Positions 27,732-38,732 of a stretch of 64,000 nucleotides of DNA are shown here, piece after piece. Position 1 is the first letter of the stretch, and every line of letters starts with the position of its first letter. Position numbers and translations under genes: made by a program. Source of the stretch: Candidatus Rokuibacteriota bacterium (GTDB lineage Bacteria; JAUVQV01; DATDCY01). Below the pieces are notes generated by a model that ran no database searches, was not told where the DNA came from, and was given only the letters and a program-made list of their open reading frames with translations. The stretch spans positions 6,232 to 70,231 of the forward strand of contig JANOHV010000151.1 of the NCBI GenBank assembly GCA_031406795.1. Reading direction: 5' to 3'.

Positions 27732-27885
27732 CTCCATTCGGTGAATCGGCTTTCGCCGCCTCCCCTCCGGTGCCATGCGTTGTGCTCTCTGCCCGGTTCT
27801 TTGCCGGAGGGTGATCAGCGCCCGCGGGGGGGGTGGAGCCGAGATCGATGCTAGACTGTGACGAGAGAGATCAAGAGGGGGAGCG

Positions 27886-28860
27886 GTGGAAGAGCAGGCG
27901 GCGCCGGTGAAAGTGTCCTGTCCTCACTGCGCGTACACCACCCAGATCTCTCGCAGCCGCATCCCGGCAGGCGGCGCACGGGCCACGTGCCCCAAGTGCG
28001 GGGGGGAATTCCGCCTGCGTCCGGCACCGCCGGAGGAGGGGCTCCCCGCGCCGCTGCCGGCGCCTGTGGCAGAGGCCCTTGCCCCACCGCCTGCCCTCGT
28101 CCCGCCGGTGCCCGCGCCGGCCGGAATGGAGTCATCCGCGGCTGCGCCTCCCCGCGCGGGGAGATCCGGAAAGGAGAACCGGCAGTACCGGAGGATACCG
28201 TTCGCGGTGGACGTCCTCGTGAACAAGGCGATTCTGATGAAAGCGATCGATATCAGCCAGGGGGGGCTGTACGTGCACACCGGTCGTGCCTTCATACCCG
28301 GGAGCACCATCGAGGTCGAGCTGCCGCTCGGCGCACAGAAGATCTCCGTCAAGGGCAGCGTCCAGCACAACCAGAACGGTGTCGGCATCGGGATCAGGTT
28401 CCTCGACCTGAGCAAAGCGCACCAGAACGCGATCTTCGAGTTCATGCGCAGCGACCGAGCCGGGGGCGCGAGAGCCGACGTTTCGAGGAAGAGGGTCCTG
28501 CTCGTCGACGAAGACGCCATGAAGCGGCGGATGAGCAAGAGCAAGCTGATTCTCGAGGGCTTCTCCGTCGTCGATGTCGAGGACGGCTTCGAGGCCATCC
28601 GGCGGATGGAGGAGGAACCGCCCGACCTCGTGATCCTCGACCTGTTCATGCGGAAGATGGACGGCTTCAAGGTGCTCACCATCATCAAGGAGTCCCCGAA
28701 GTGGAAGGACATCCCCGTCCTGATCTACTCCTCGAAAGGTAGTGACCAGATCATGGACAAAGTGCTGGCGGCCGGAGCGACGGAGTTCCTCCTCAAGGCG
28801 ATGACTTCGCCCACGAAGCTGGCGGAGATCGTCAAGAAAACCCTCTCCTCCCGAGGCTAG
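27886..28860 (+). CDS. Zinc-ribbon + PilZ + receiver domain protein
   Basis: CPHC..CPKC; Pro-rich linker; PilZ RQYRR and DISQGG; receiver PDLVILDLFM..DG. Confidence 0.8.
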   Translation: MEEQAAPVKVSCPHCAYTTQISRSRIPAGGARATCPKCGGEFRLRPAPPEEGLPAPLPAPVAEALAPPPALVPPVPAPAGMESSAAAPPRAGRSGKENRQYRRIPFAVDVLVNKAILMKAIDISQGGLYVHTGRAFIPGSTIEVELPLGAQKISVKGSVQHNQNGVGIGIRFLDLSKAHQNAIFEFMRSDRAGGARADVSRKRVLLVDEDAMKRRMSKSKLILEGFSVVDVEDGFEAIRRMEEEPPDLVILDLFMRKMDGFKVLTIIKESPKWKDIPVLIYSSKGSDQIMDKVLAAGATEFLLKAMTSPTKLAEIVKKTLSSRG

Positions 28861-30401
28861 GCTTTCTGCACCGCCGGCTCCGACACCATATCCGCGCTCT
28901 GCGCATCCAGCTGCTCGCGGGTCTTGATCTTGAAGGTCAGGGCGGCGGCCAGGATGAGGCAGAGCCCGGCGGCGAAGAAACAGCTGTCGAAACTGCCGGC
29001 CGAGCGGGCCTGGAGCATCTCGGAGACGCGGCCCATCACGAAGCCGCCAACGCCCCAGGCGCTGAACAGGACGCCGTAGTTGATGCCGAAGTTCTTCAGC
29101 CCCCAGAGGTCCTTGACGAACGAAGGGAAGAGCGCGAGGTTCGTGCCGTAGTTGAAGCCGATGAAGGTCGCGAGGACCACCAGCAGGATCGGGCTCGTCG
29201 CCTTCGATCCGACGATCGGGATCGCCGCAAACATCATCAGCGCCTGGCAGGCCAGCATCACGAACAGCGTCCGGGCGCGGCCGATCCTGTCGGAGAGCAG
29301 GCCGGCGACGATGCGCCCGCCCGCGTTGCCGACGGCCATGATGGCCACCGCGAGGAACGCCAGCTCCCCGAGGCTCTTCTTTGCCATTCCGGCCACGCTG
29401 CCGATGACCATGAGCCCGGCGCCTGAACCGATGAAGAAGAGCAGCCAGAGCAGGTAGAAGGTCGGGGTTTTCAGGATCTCCGAGGGGGTGTACTCGCGGG
29501 AGACTCTCCGGACGGGAGCGTCGGCCTTGGCGTTGGCGGCAACATAGCCCTTGGGCGGGTTGGTCAGGAACATCGACAGACTGCTCACCACGAACAGGAA
29601 CATCAGCCCGAAGAAGAGCATCGCCTGCTGCAGCCCATACACCTTGAGGAGCCAGGTCGCGAGCGGCGCAATGTATACCGAGGCCAGCCCGAAGCCGCTG
29701 ACCACCAGGCCGGCGATGAGCCCCGTCCTGGCCGGAGGGAACCACTTGAGCGCGGGCGGGGTCGCCGACGAGTAGCCGAACCCGATGCCGGTGCCCGCAA
29801 GCACGCCGAAGCCCAGGACCCACGCCGCGTAGCTGGTAGTCTGCGAGATCCAGAAGAAGCCGGCCCCGACCAGAAGGCCGCCCACCATGGCGGTGACCCG
29901 CGGACCGACCTTGTCCTGGCACTTCCCGGCGACGATCATCGCGAAGGAGAAAACCAGACAGCAGACGGCATAGGGATCGTTGATCGAGGCGAGATCCCAC
30001 TGGAAGGCACCCGGTCCGCCCTTCTCGATGGAGGCTTTGATGGCGCCCTTGAAGACGCTCCAGGTGTACAGAATGCCGAGTGCGAGATTGATGGCGGTGC
30101 CGGCGAGAGTGACGATCCAACCCCTGTTGCGCAATTCTTGCGACATGCCCCCTCCTGTCAACTCCGACTCATGTGGGTTGCAACCAGCCTGCTGGGTGCG
30201 ATGCGGCATCGCGTGGCGATCGAGCAACGTCTTGTAGGTCGCGCACTCCGCGTACCTCGAGCTGCAGTTGTTGGCGATTCGGTGGACGACGGAGACGGAG
30301 ACATAGCCACGGCCGACTTCGCATCCGGCCGTCTCCTTCCCGAAGAACGGGCAATGCATACTGTTCCTCATCAGATTGTCGAGCAACTCGGTCTTGGTCA
30401 T
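28857..30401 (-). CDS. OFA/OxlT-family MFS transporter with an in-frame Cys-rich N-terminal extension (alternative start 30146)
   Basis: LGILYTWSVF, QDKVGPR, ALKWFP..TGLIAG, GRIVAGLLSDRIGR, NFGINYG; an RBS precedes both ATG 30401 and ATG 30146. Confidence 0.85.
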   Translation of the reverse strand: MTKTELLDNLMRNSMHCPFFGKETAGCEVGRGYVSVSVVHRIANNCSSRYAECATYKTLLDRHAMPHRTQQAGCNPHESELTGGGMSQELRNRGWIVTLAGTAINLALGILYTWSVFKGAIKASIEKGGPGAFQWDLASINDPYAVCCLVFSFAMIVAGKCQDKVGPRVTAMVGGLLVGAGFFWISQTTSYAAWVLGFGVLAGTGIGFGYSSATPPALKWFPPARTGLIAGLVVSGFGLASVYIAPLATWLLKVYGLQQAMLFFGLMFLFVVSSLSMFLTNPPKGYVAANAKADAPVRRVSREYTPSEILKTPTFYLLWLLFFIGSGAGLMVIGSVAGMAKKSLGELAFLAVAIMAVGNAGGRIVAGLLSDRIGRARTLFVMLACQALMMFAAIPIVGSKATSPILLVVLATFIGFNYGTNLALFPSFVKDLWGLKNFGINYGVLFSAWGVGGFVMGRVSEMLQARSAGSFDSCFFAAGLCLILAAALTFKIKTREQLDAQSADMVSEPAVQKA

Positions 30402-30480
30402 GAACCGCCTCCCGAGACACCATGCGCTTTATCCACGGGTGCTCCGAACCGTGCCTCGCTCTTGCTAGTCGGCAGCGGAT

Positions 30481-30496
30481 TGCATCGGGCGTGCCA
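30481..30496 (-). promoter_or_regulatory. Sigma54 promoter of the MFS transporter
   Basis: TGGCACGCCCGATGCA (GG-N10-GC), downstream of an NtrC-type regulator gene. Confidence 0.7.
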
Positions 30497-30791
30497 GAGT
30501 CCTGAACTTTAGTGATGTGAGTGAAAATGTTCTGTAATTTCCGGTTGTTAGATGATGAATCGTCCGATGGTGATCTCGCGATGGCGGACTACCGGATTGG
30601 CGCAGATGCAAGGACAAGGAGCCAGAGAGCGAGTTCGGCGAGCACGATCCTGCGTTGAAGGAACGAGGACCCGTCAGCTATTCGTCAACAAACCCAATGT
30701 GTTATGAATCGATGGCGATCGGATGCCCTCGCCTTGCAGTGACGCGAAGGCTCTCGGCAAAGATTCGCAGGAATGCGAAAGCTTCGACGCT

Positions 30792-32176
<1,385 letters not shown>

Positions 32177-32177
<1 letters not shown>

Positions 32178-34150
32178 TAGAATGCCTCCCGTCCGCCCGG
32201 CAGGCGCACCGTAAACGTGGTGCCCTTCCCGAGTTCGCTCTCCACCATGATACTGCCGAAATGCTGCTCGACGATGCGTTTGGTGATCGCGAGCCCCAGC
32301 CCGGTCCCGCGGGCCTTCGTCGTGAAGAAGGGTTCGAAGATCTTCTCCAGATTCTCCGGTGCGATGCCGGCCCCTTCGTCCCGGATGGCGATCTCCACAC
32401 CCCCCCCCGCGCAGGCCGACGTGCCGACCGTGATCGTCCCGCCCGATTCCATGGCCGCACCGGCGTTCAGGATCAGGTTGATCGCCACCTGCCGCATCTG
32501 GTCGGGGTCGACGAGGACCCGGGGCAGGTCGGGGGCGAGACTCCGGCGAAGGGCCACGTGATGCAGGTCCAGGTGATTGGCCGCGAAATCCGCGATCTGG
32601 TCCAGCAGGGCATTGAGGTCCGTCTCTTCCAGCGCCGGCTTCGGCGTGCGGGCGTAGCTCAGCAGGTCCTGGACGATCCCCTTGCAGCGTTTGCTCTCCT
32701 TCCGGATGTCCTGAATGTACCTGAAGTTCGGGTCCGCGGGGTCCATCTTGCCCTCGAGGTGCCCGGCATAGCCGAGGATCACGCCCAGGGGATTGTTGAT
32801 CTCGTGCGCGACGCCCGAGGAGAGCACCCCGAGCGCGGCCATCTTCTCCTGCTGAGCCAGGCTCGACTCCATCTCCTGGTTGCGCTTGATGATGCCGACC
32901 ATCCGGTTGAACGTCGCGGCGAGCTCGCCGAGCTCGTCGTGCGAGCGCACCGCCATCCGCTCATCGAGCCGCCCCCCCTTCACCTTGCGGATCACCGCGA
33001 TCATGTGCTCGATCGGGTCGGTGAGGACCCGGGAGGCGACAAAGACGAGACCCGTCGACGCGAGGAGCAGCAGCGTGGTCAGCGCGGCCATGCTCCAGAA
33101 GATCCGGCCCTTGATCAGGTTGGCCTCGGCGTAGAACTCGTCCTCGTAGGAGCCGACCGCGACGATCCAGTCCCAGGGGCGGAAATACTCGTAGCGCACG
33201 ATCTTCATTCGAGCCTTCTGGTCGCCGATGTTCTTCCAGGGATAGCGGATCCAGCCGCTTTTCTTCTCGCACATTTCGCGGATGAAGTGCCGGCCGTCCC
33301 CGTCGCGCTCGTCGAAGATGTTCTGCCCCTCCCGGTCGATGTGGATCCGCAGGTCGCCCTTCGAGCTCATGGCGTAGAGATATCCGGTCGTGCCGACCCG
33401 CTTGGACTTCAGACCCGCCTTCAGCTGCTCGAAGGCCTTCTGCTCGAAGGCGACGTCCTCGTACGTTTCGTCGAGGTAGCTCCCCGCGGCGACAATCCAG
33501 TCCCATTCGCGAAAATAACGGTAGGCGACGGCCTTCTTGCGCGGGTGCTTGTCGCCGAGCACCGCGTTGCGCCAGGGGTAGACGATGAAGAGCACCTCGC
33601 CGGGCCTGGCTGCCAGGGCCGCCCGGCACATCTCGCGGATGAAGTACCGGCCGCTCTCGTCTTGCTGATCGAAGATGTTGCGCCCCTCCATCGCCACGTG
33701 GGCGGTAAGCTGCCCCTTGCTCGTCATGGCGTAGAGGTAGCCGCTCTCGCCGACGTTGATGGTCTTGAGGGCCTTGCTCGCCTCGCGCTGGACTGCGGCC
33801 AGGCCGATCCCCCCGGCGCGCTGCTGGCGCTGCTCGCTCTCCACCAGGTTGTAGGCCAGGTTCACGAGCGTCGCGAGTTCCCGGTCGATGCTCTTCTTCC
33901 GGTCCTGCTGATAGACCTCGAACTGCCGGTAGTGCGAATCCAACAGATCGATGGCGAACCGGGACATGTGCTCGAGGTCGTCCTTGCTCGTCTGCGTGAT
34001 GCCGCGGTAGGCCTGGCGGGTCGCAATGTACCCGACGAGCGTCCCCGCGATGAGGACCGGGATCGTCGCCAGCGGCAGCACCACGATCAGCAGCTTCCAG
34101 CGCAGCCGCAGGTTGTTGACGAACCGGAAAAGATGCCCGCCGCCGCTCAT
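32177..34150 (-). CDS. Sensor histidine kinase with tandem Cache domains and HAMP
   Basis: Two GYLYAM..FIREMC..YPW..WDWIV repeats between TM segments; AHEINNPL; FEPFFTTK; GTGLGL. Confidence 0.92.
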
Positions 34151-34181
34151 GCCTCTGGTGTTCGCGCGCCCCCGTGGCGGA

Positions 34182-34685
34182 TCAGAGTTCCTTGACGATC
34201 AGCTCGGCCAGATCACGCCGCGCCGGCGCCTTGACCGCACCGACGGGGTGGCCGACGGCGACGACCGCCATCAGCTCCAGATTCGCCGGCAGCCCGAGGA
34301 CGGCGCGCACCTCGGCGGCGCTCTTGAGAATCTCCCCGAGCCAGACCGCCCCCAAGCCGAGGCCGTGAGCGGCCAGCAGCAGGTTCTGGATGCAGGCGCC
34401 GATCGCCTGGAGGTCCTTGACCTCGTCGTACCCTGCCTCCCGATCCATGAAGACCGGGAGACAGACCGGCGCCTCCTCGAGAATCCTGCCGTAACGGGTC
34501 AACTGCGCGAGCCTGCCGCGGACGGCGGCATCGAAGACGATCGCGAAGCGCCACGGCTGGCTGTTAAGGCCCGAGGGGGCCCAGGCCCCGGCGCGGAGGA
34601 TCTCGAGCACCACTGCGCGGCTCACCGGCCGCGGCGCGAACGTGCGGACGCTTCGCCTGGTCAGCAGCCCCTCGAGCAGTTCCAT
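34182..34685 (-). CDS. Nitroreductase family protein
   Basis: RRSVRTF, WAPSGLNSQPW, GLGAVWLG. Confidence 0.88.
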   Translation of the reverse strand: MELLEGLLTRRSVRTFAPRPVSRAVVLEILRAGAWAPSGLNSQPWRFAIVFDAAVRGRLAQLTRYGRILEEAPVCLPVFMDREAGYDEVKDLQAIGACIQNLLLAAHGLGLGAVWLGEILKSAAEVRAVLGLPANLELMAVVAVGHPVGAVKAPARRDLAELIVKEL

Positions 34686-34813
34686 GCCGGCTGATTATAC
34701 TGCCGAACACCTTGACGGAAGCAATCCGCAGGAATAGTTTACAAGAAGTTACTTCAGCCGTTGGGTGTCTGGGTTGTGCGCGCCAAAATTGCCGAGGACA
34801 GCAGGAGGGTGCC

Positions 34814-36550
34814 ATGGACAAGATTCTGAGGATCGATGTCGGAGCAGCAGGCGGCCCGAAGGCGACGACGGTGCCGATCGGCGACTACACCGGGCTCGGT
34901 GGCAGGGCGATGACGTCCGCGATCGTCTCGAAGGAGGTCCCGCCGCTCTGTCACCCGCTGGGGGCCGAGAACAAGCTCGTTATCGCCCCGGGGCTCCTGA
35001 GCGGGTCGGCAGGCGCGCAGTCTGGCCGAATCTCCGTCGGCTGCAAGAGCCCGCTCACCGGCGGCATCAAGGAGGCGAACTCCGGCGGCCAGGCCTCGCA
35101 GGTCCTGGCCCGGCTCGGGTACGCCGCCATCGTGCTCGAGGGCAAGCCGCCCGGCGACGACCTCTACAAGGTCTTCGTCAACAAGGACGGCGTCGTCATC
35201 ACCAAGGACAACGGCCTCCGGATGCTCACGAACTACGACCTCGTCGAGAAGTTGAAGCAGGCCCACGGCGACAAGATCGCCTGCATCTCGATCGGTCCCG
35301 CCGGCGAGATGAAGATGGCTGCGGCCACGGTGGCCTTCACCGACATGGAGCTGCGGCCGACCCGCCACGCCGGCCGTGGCGGCGTGGGAGCCGTGATGGG
35401 CGCGAAGAACATCAAGGCCATCGTACTGGACGACTCCGGCACGTCGATGCGGATGCCCAAGGACCTGGAGAAGTTCCGCGAGGCGAACAAGAAGTGGGTC
35501 GAGGGCCTGAAGAAACACCCCGTCACCGGCCAGGGGCTCCCGGCCTACGGCACGAACGTGCTGACGAACATCGTCAACGAGGTGGGTGGCTACCCCACCT
35601 ACAACTTCAAGCTGGGCCGCTTCGACGGCGCCGCGAAGATCAGCGGCGAGACGCAGGCCGAAACCGAGACCAAGCGCGGCGGTCTTGCGACCCACGGCTG
35701 CCACCGCGGCTGCGTCATCCAGTGCTCCGGCACCTACCACGACAAGGACGGCCATTTCCTCACCAAGCAGCCCGAGTACGAGACCGTCTGGGCTCACGGC
35801 GGCAACTGCGGCATCGACGACCTCGACAAGATCGCCATGCTCGACTTCCTCGACGACACCTACGGACTCGACACCATTGAGATGGGGGCGACGATCGGGG
35901 TCGCGATGGAGGCCGGCCTCGCCAAGTTCGGCGACGCCGACGCGGCCATAGCGCTCGTGCACGAGGTCGGCAAGGGCACGCACCTCGGCCGCATTCTCGG
36001 CAACGGGGCCGGCATGACCGGCAAGGCTTTCGGCGTCGAGCGGGTGCCGGTGGTCAAGAACCAGGCGATGCCGGCCTACGACCCGCGCGCGGTCCAGGGG
36101 ATCGGCGTCACCTACGCCACGAGCCCGATGGGGGCCGACCACACCGCGGGCTACGCGGTCGCCCAGAACGTCCTGAAGGTGGGCGGCGACGTGAACGCGC
36201 TGATGCCCGAGGGGCAGGTGGAGCTGTCCCGCAACCTCCAGATCGCGACCGCGGCGATCGACTCCACGGGGATGTGCCTCTTCATCGCGTTCGCGATCCT
36301 CGACCAGCCCGAGACCTTCCAGGCCATGCTCGATCTGCTGAGCGCCTTCTCCGGGGTGCCCCTGACGGGCGACGGCGTGACCGCGCTGGGGAAAAAGGTG
36401 CTCACGATGGAGCGGGACTTCAACGCCCGGGCCGGCTTCACCCCGCAGCACGACCGGCTGCCGAGCTACTTCAAGACCGAGCAACTCGCCCCGCACAACG
36501 TGACGTTCGGGGTCGCCGACGAGGATCTGGACAAGGTTTTCAACTGGTAG
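34814..36550 (+). CDS. aor: Tungsten-type aldehyde:ferredoxin oxidoreductase
   Basis: KSPLTGGIKEAN, GRGGVGAVMG, CHRGCVIQC, PEYET, DTYGLDTI, YDPR, DSTGMC. Confidence 0.92.
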   Translation: MDKILRIDVGAAGGPKATTVPIGDYTGLGGRAMTSAIVSKEVPPLCHPLGAENKLVIAPGLLSGSAGAQSGRISVGCKSPLTGGIKEANSGGQASQVLARLGYAAIVLEGKPPGDDLYKVFVNKDGVVITKDNGLRMLTNYDLVEKLKQAHGDKIACISIGPAGEMKMAAATVAFTDMELRPTRHAGRGGVGAVMGAKNIKAIVLDDSGTSMRMPKDLEKFREANKKWVEGLKKHPVTGQGLPAYGTNVLTNIVNEVGGYPTYNFKLGRFDGAAKISGETQAETETKRGGLATHGCHRGCVIQCSGTYHDKDGHFLTKQPEYETVWAHGGNCGIDDLDKIAMLDFLDDTYGLDTIEMGATIGVAMEAGLAKFGDADAAIALVHEVGKGTHLGRILGNGAGMTGKAFGVERVPVVKNQAMPAYDPRAVQGIGVTYATSPMGADHTAGYAVAQNVLKVGGDVNALMPEGQVELSRNLQIATAAIDSTGMCLFIAFAILDQPETFQAMLDLLSAFSGVPLTGDGVTALGKKVLTMERDFNARAGFTPQHDRLPSYFKTEQLAPHNVTFGVADEDLDKVFNW

Positions 36551-36650
36551 CGCGAGCCGCCCGCGACGCCGAGAGAGCACCGGCGGCCGCCCCGCATCGC
36601 GCGGGCGGCTGCTTTCGCGGGCGCCGTTTCTCGCTCCGGAGGCTTCAGAC

Positions 36651-37286
36651 ATGATCCTCGGGAATCCTCCCGTGGCAGAGCCGCCGACCCGTCTCGCGTT
36701 CGCCGTCGAGGCGCCACTCGTGGCGCGCTTCTTTCCGCTGCTCCAACAGGGCGTGACGATCCGGCGCCGCGTCGGCTGTCCGGTCGACTCGTTTCTGCGG
36801 CAGGAACTCGCAGCCGGACCCGAGACACTCGAGAAGATCCAGTCGGTGTTTCTCGAGGGCAGACCGGTCGACGACATTTGCGCTGCCGTCGTCCGGGACG
36901 GCTCGACGCTCGCGCTGTCCGCCGCCATGCCGGGGCTCGTTGGCGCCACGTTGCGGCGGGGCGGGGCCTACTCCTCGCTGCGTAGCGCGATCAGTCACCG
37001 GGAAACCGGGGAAACCTGCGCGGCGGGGGAGGGCTGGGTGAGGATCAAGCTCTTCAATCTGCTGATGGCCGAACTCGGTCCCTCGCTGCTGCGTGAGCAG
37101 GTTCTCGTCGCCTCTTCCGTCCTTCTCGGCCTCCTCGGGGAACTCCCGGAGGACTTCTGGCGGGGTTGCCGCGGGATCATTCACGACGGGATGGCCGTCG
37201 ACCGAGACGCACTCCTCGCCGCGGGGCGGCTCGGCGCCGCAACGGCGGTGCTCCTCTCCATCTGCGCGGAGCCGGAAGGCGGTTGA
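36651..37286 (+). CDS. Hypothetical protein with a MoaD/ThiS-like core
   Basis: VFLEGRPVDD..VVRDGSTLALSAAMPG; lies between aor and a moaD-like gene. Confidence 0.55.
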   Translation: MILGNPPVAEPPTRLAFAVEAPLVARFFPLLQQGVTIRRRVGCPVDSFLRQELAAGPETLEKIQSVFLEGRPVDDICAAVVRDGSTLALSAAMPGLVGATLRRGGAYSSLRSAISHRETGETCAAGEGWVRIKLFNLLMAELGPSLLREQVLVASSVLLGLLGELPEDFWRGCRGIIHDGMAVDRDALLAAGRLGAATAVLLSICAEPEGG

Positions 37287-37295
37287 CCGGCGCGA

Positions 37296-37520
37296 CTACC
37301 CGCCGGCGATCGGCGGGAACAGGGCGAGCTCGTCACCCTCCTGCAGGATGTGCCCCGCGGCGCGGTGTTCGCCGTTGACAACCCTCAGGAGCCTGATTGT
37401 GGGGGGAAGGTTCAGGCTCCGCTCGACCGCGTCGATCGTCGTGGCATCGGGGAGATCGATCATCTGAACGTCGGGACCGAACTTCCGCAGCGAGGCGAAG
37501 AGCTTGACCTTGACGTTCAC
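37296..37520 (-). CDS. MoaD/ThiS sulfur carrier
   Basis: 74 aa; VKLFASLR...LQEGDELALFPPIAGG* with C-terminal GG. Confidence 0.9.
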   Translation of the reverse strand: MNVKVKLFASLRKFGPDVQMIDLPDATTIDAVERSLNLPPTIRLLRVVNGEHRAAGHILQEGDELALFPPIAGG

Positions 37521-37600
37521 TTTCTCATTCTAGCAGAGCGGACGTCGGCTGCCGCAGGGAGTGGTATCATGTTCGTGGAAGCGGGAGCGAGGAGGGCGCC

Positions 37601-38500
37601 GTGGAAAACTTCGTCGTCGTGCTCGCCTGCCTCCTGATCGGCGTCGCCATTCGGCGGCTGCCGCAGTTCCCCGAGCAGACCGCCGCCGTCCTGAACCTCT
37701 TCGTGATCCACGTCTCTCTTCCGGCCCTCGTGCTGCGCACGGTGCCCGCTCTTGCGCCGAGCCGCGCGCTGCTCGCGCCCGCTCTGATGCCCTGGGCCAT
37801 GCTGGCGCTGACCGCAGCCGCGGTGCTGGCGATCGCGCGGCTGCGCCGCTGGTCGCGGGAAACCACGGGGAGCCTCCTGTTGCTCGCGCCGCTCGGAAAC
37901 ACCTCGTTCCTCGGGATCCCGATGGTCACGTCCTTCCTCGGCGAGGCGGCCGTCCCCTACGCGGTGATCTACGACCAGTTCGGCACATTCCTCGGTCTGG
38001 CGACCTGGGGCTCGGTGGTTCTCGCTCTCTACGGCCGGAACGCCGAGCGCCCGACCGTGGCCACCGTCGCACGCAAGGTCGCGACCTTCCCACCCTTCCT
38101 CGCGCTGCTCGTGGCACTCGCGCTCCGGCCGGTCGGTTTCCACCCGATCGCCGTGCGCCTTCTCGAGGCACTGGCAGACACGCTCGTCCCGGTCGTGATG
38201 ATCGCCGTCGGGTGCCAGTTGCGGCTGCGGGTCGGTCGCGGCGCCGTCGGACCGCTGGCGACGGGGCTCGGGCTCAAGCTCGTCGCCGCACCGCTCGTGG
38301 CGCTCGGCATCTGTCGCGCCCTCGGCATCGACGGACTTGCGGCGTCGGTCTCGATTTTCGAGGCCGGGATGCCCCCGATGATCTCCGCCGGAGCCCTGGC
38401 GCTGCTCGCCGGACTTGCTCCGGAGTTGAGCGCCGCGCTCGTCGGCGCGGGCATCCTCCTGAGCTTCGCCACCCTCCCCGCCCTCGCGCTGCTGCTTTGA
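37601..38500 (+). CDS. AEC (auxin efflux carrier) family transporter
   Basis: SLPAL, GNTSFLGIP, FPPF, AGMPP; about 10 TM segments; GAGGAG RBS. Confidence 0.85.
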   Translation: MENFVVVLACLLIGVAIRRLPQFPEQTAAVLNLFVIHVSLPALVLRTVPALAPSRALLAPALMPWAMLALTAAAVLAIARLRRWSRETTGSLLLLAPLGNTSFLGIPMVTSFLGEAAVPYAVIYDQFGTFLGLATWGSVVLALYGRNAERPTVATVARKVATFPPFLALLVALALRPVGFHPIAVRLLEALADTLVPVVMIAVGCQLRLRVGRGAVGPLATGLGLKLVAAPLVALGICRALGIDGLAASVSIFEAGMPPMISAGALALLAGLAPELSAALVGAGILLSFATLPALALLL

Positions 38501-38732
38501 GGAGACGGGGCGGGGAGAGACAGGCCATTGCATTGACAAAGCTCTGCTCTCCCCTGAGAATTGTCCCCACCATGAGAGATGGCAATCCCGAGACCCTCTC
38601 GCTCTCCCTGGCCCATGATGAGCGTCCGGAACGCGCAACGGATACCAGCGGGCGGTATCTGGCGTGCCGGCCGCCGGGCAACGCCCCGTCCTATTTCGAG
38701 GACGCGGGTCAGCCCTCTGCGGTGCAGCCCCG

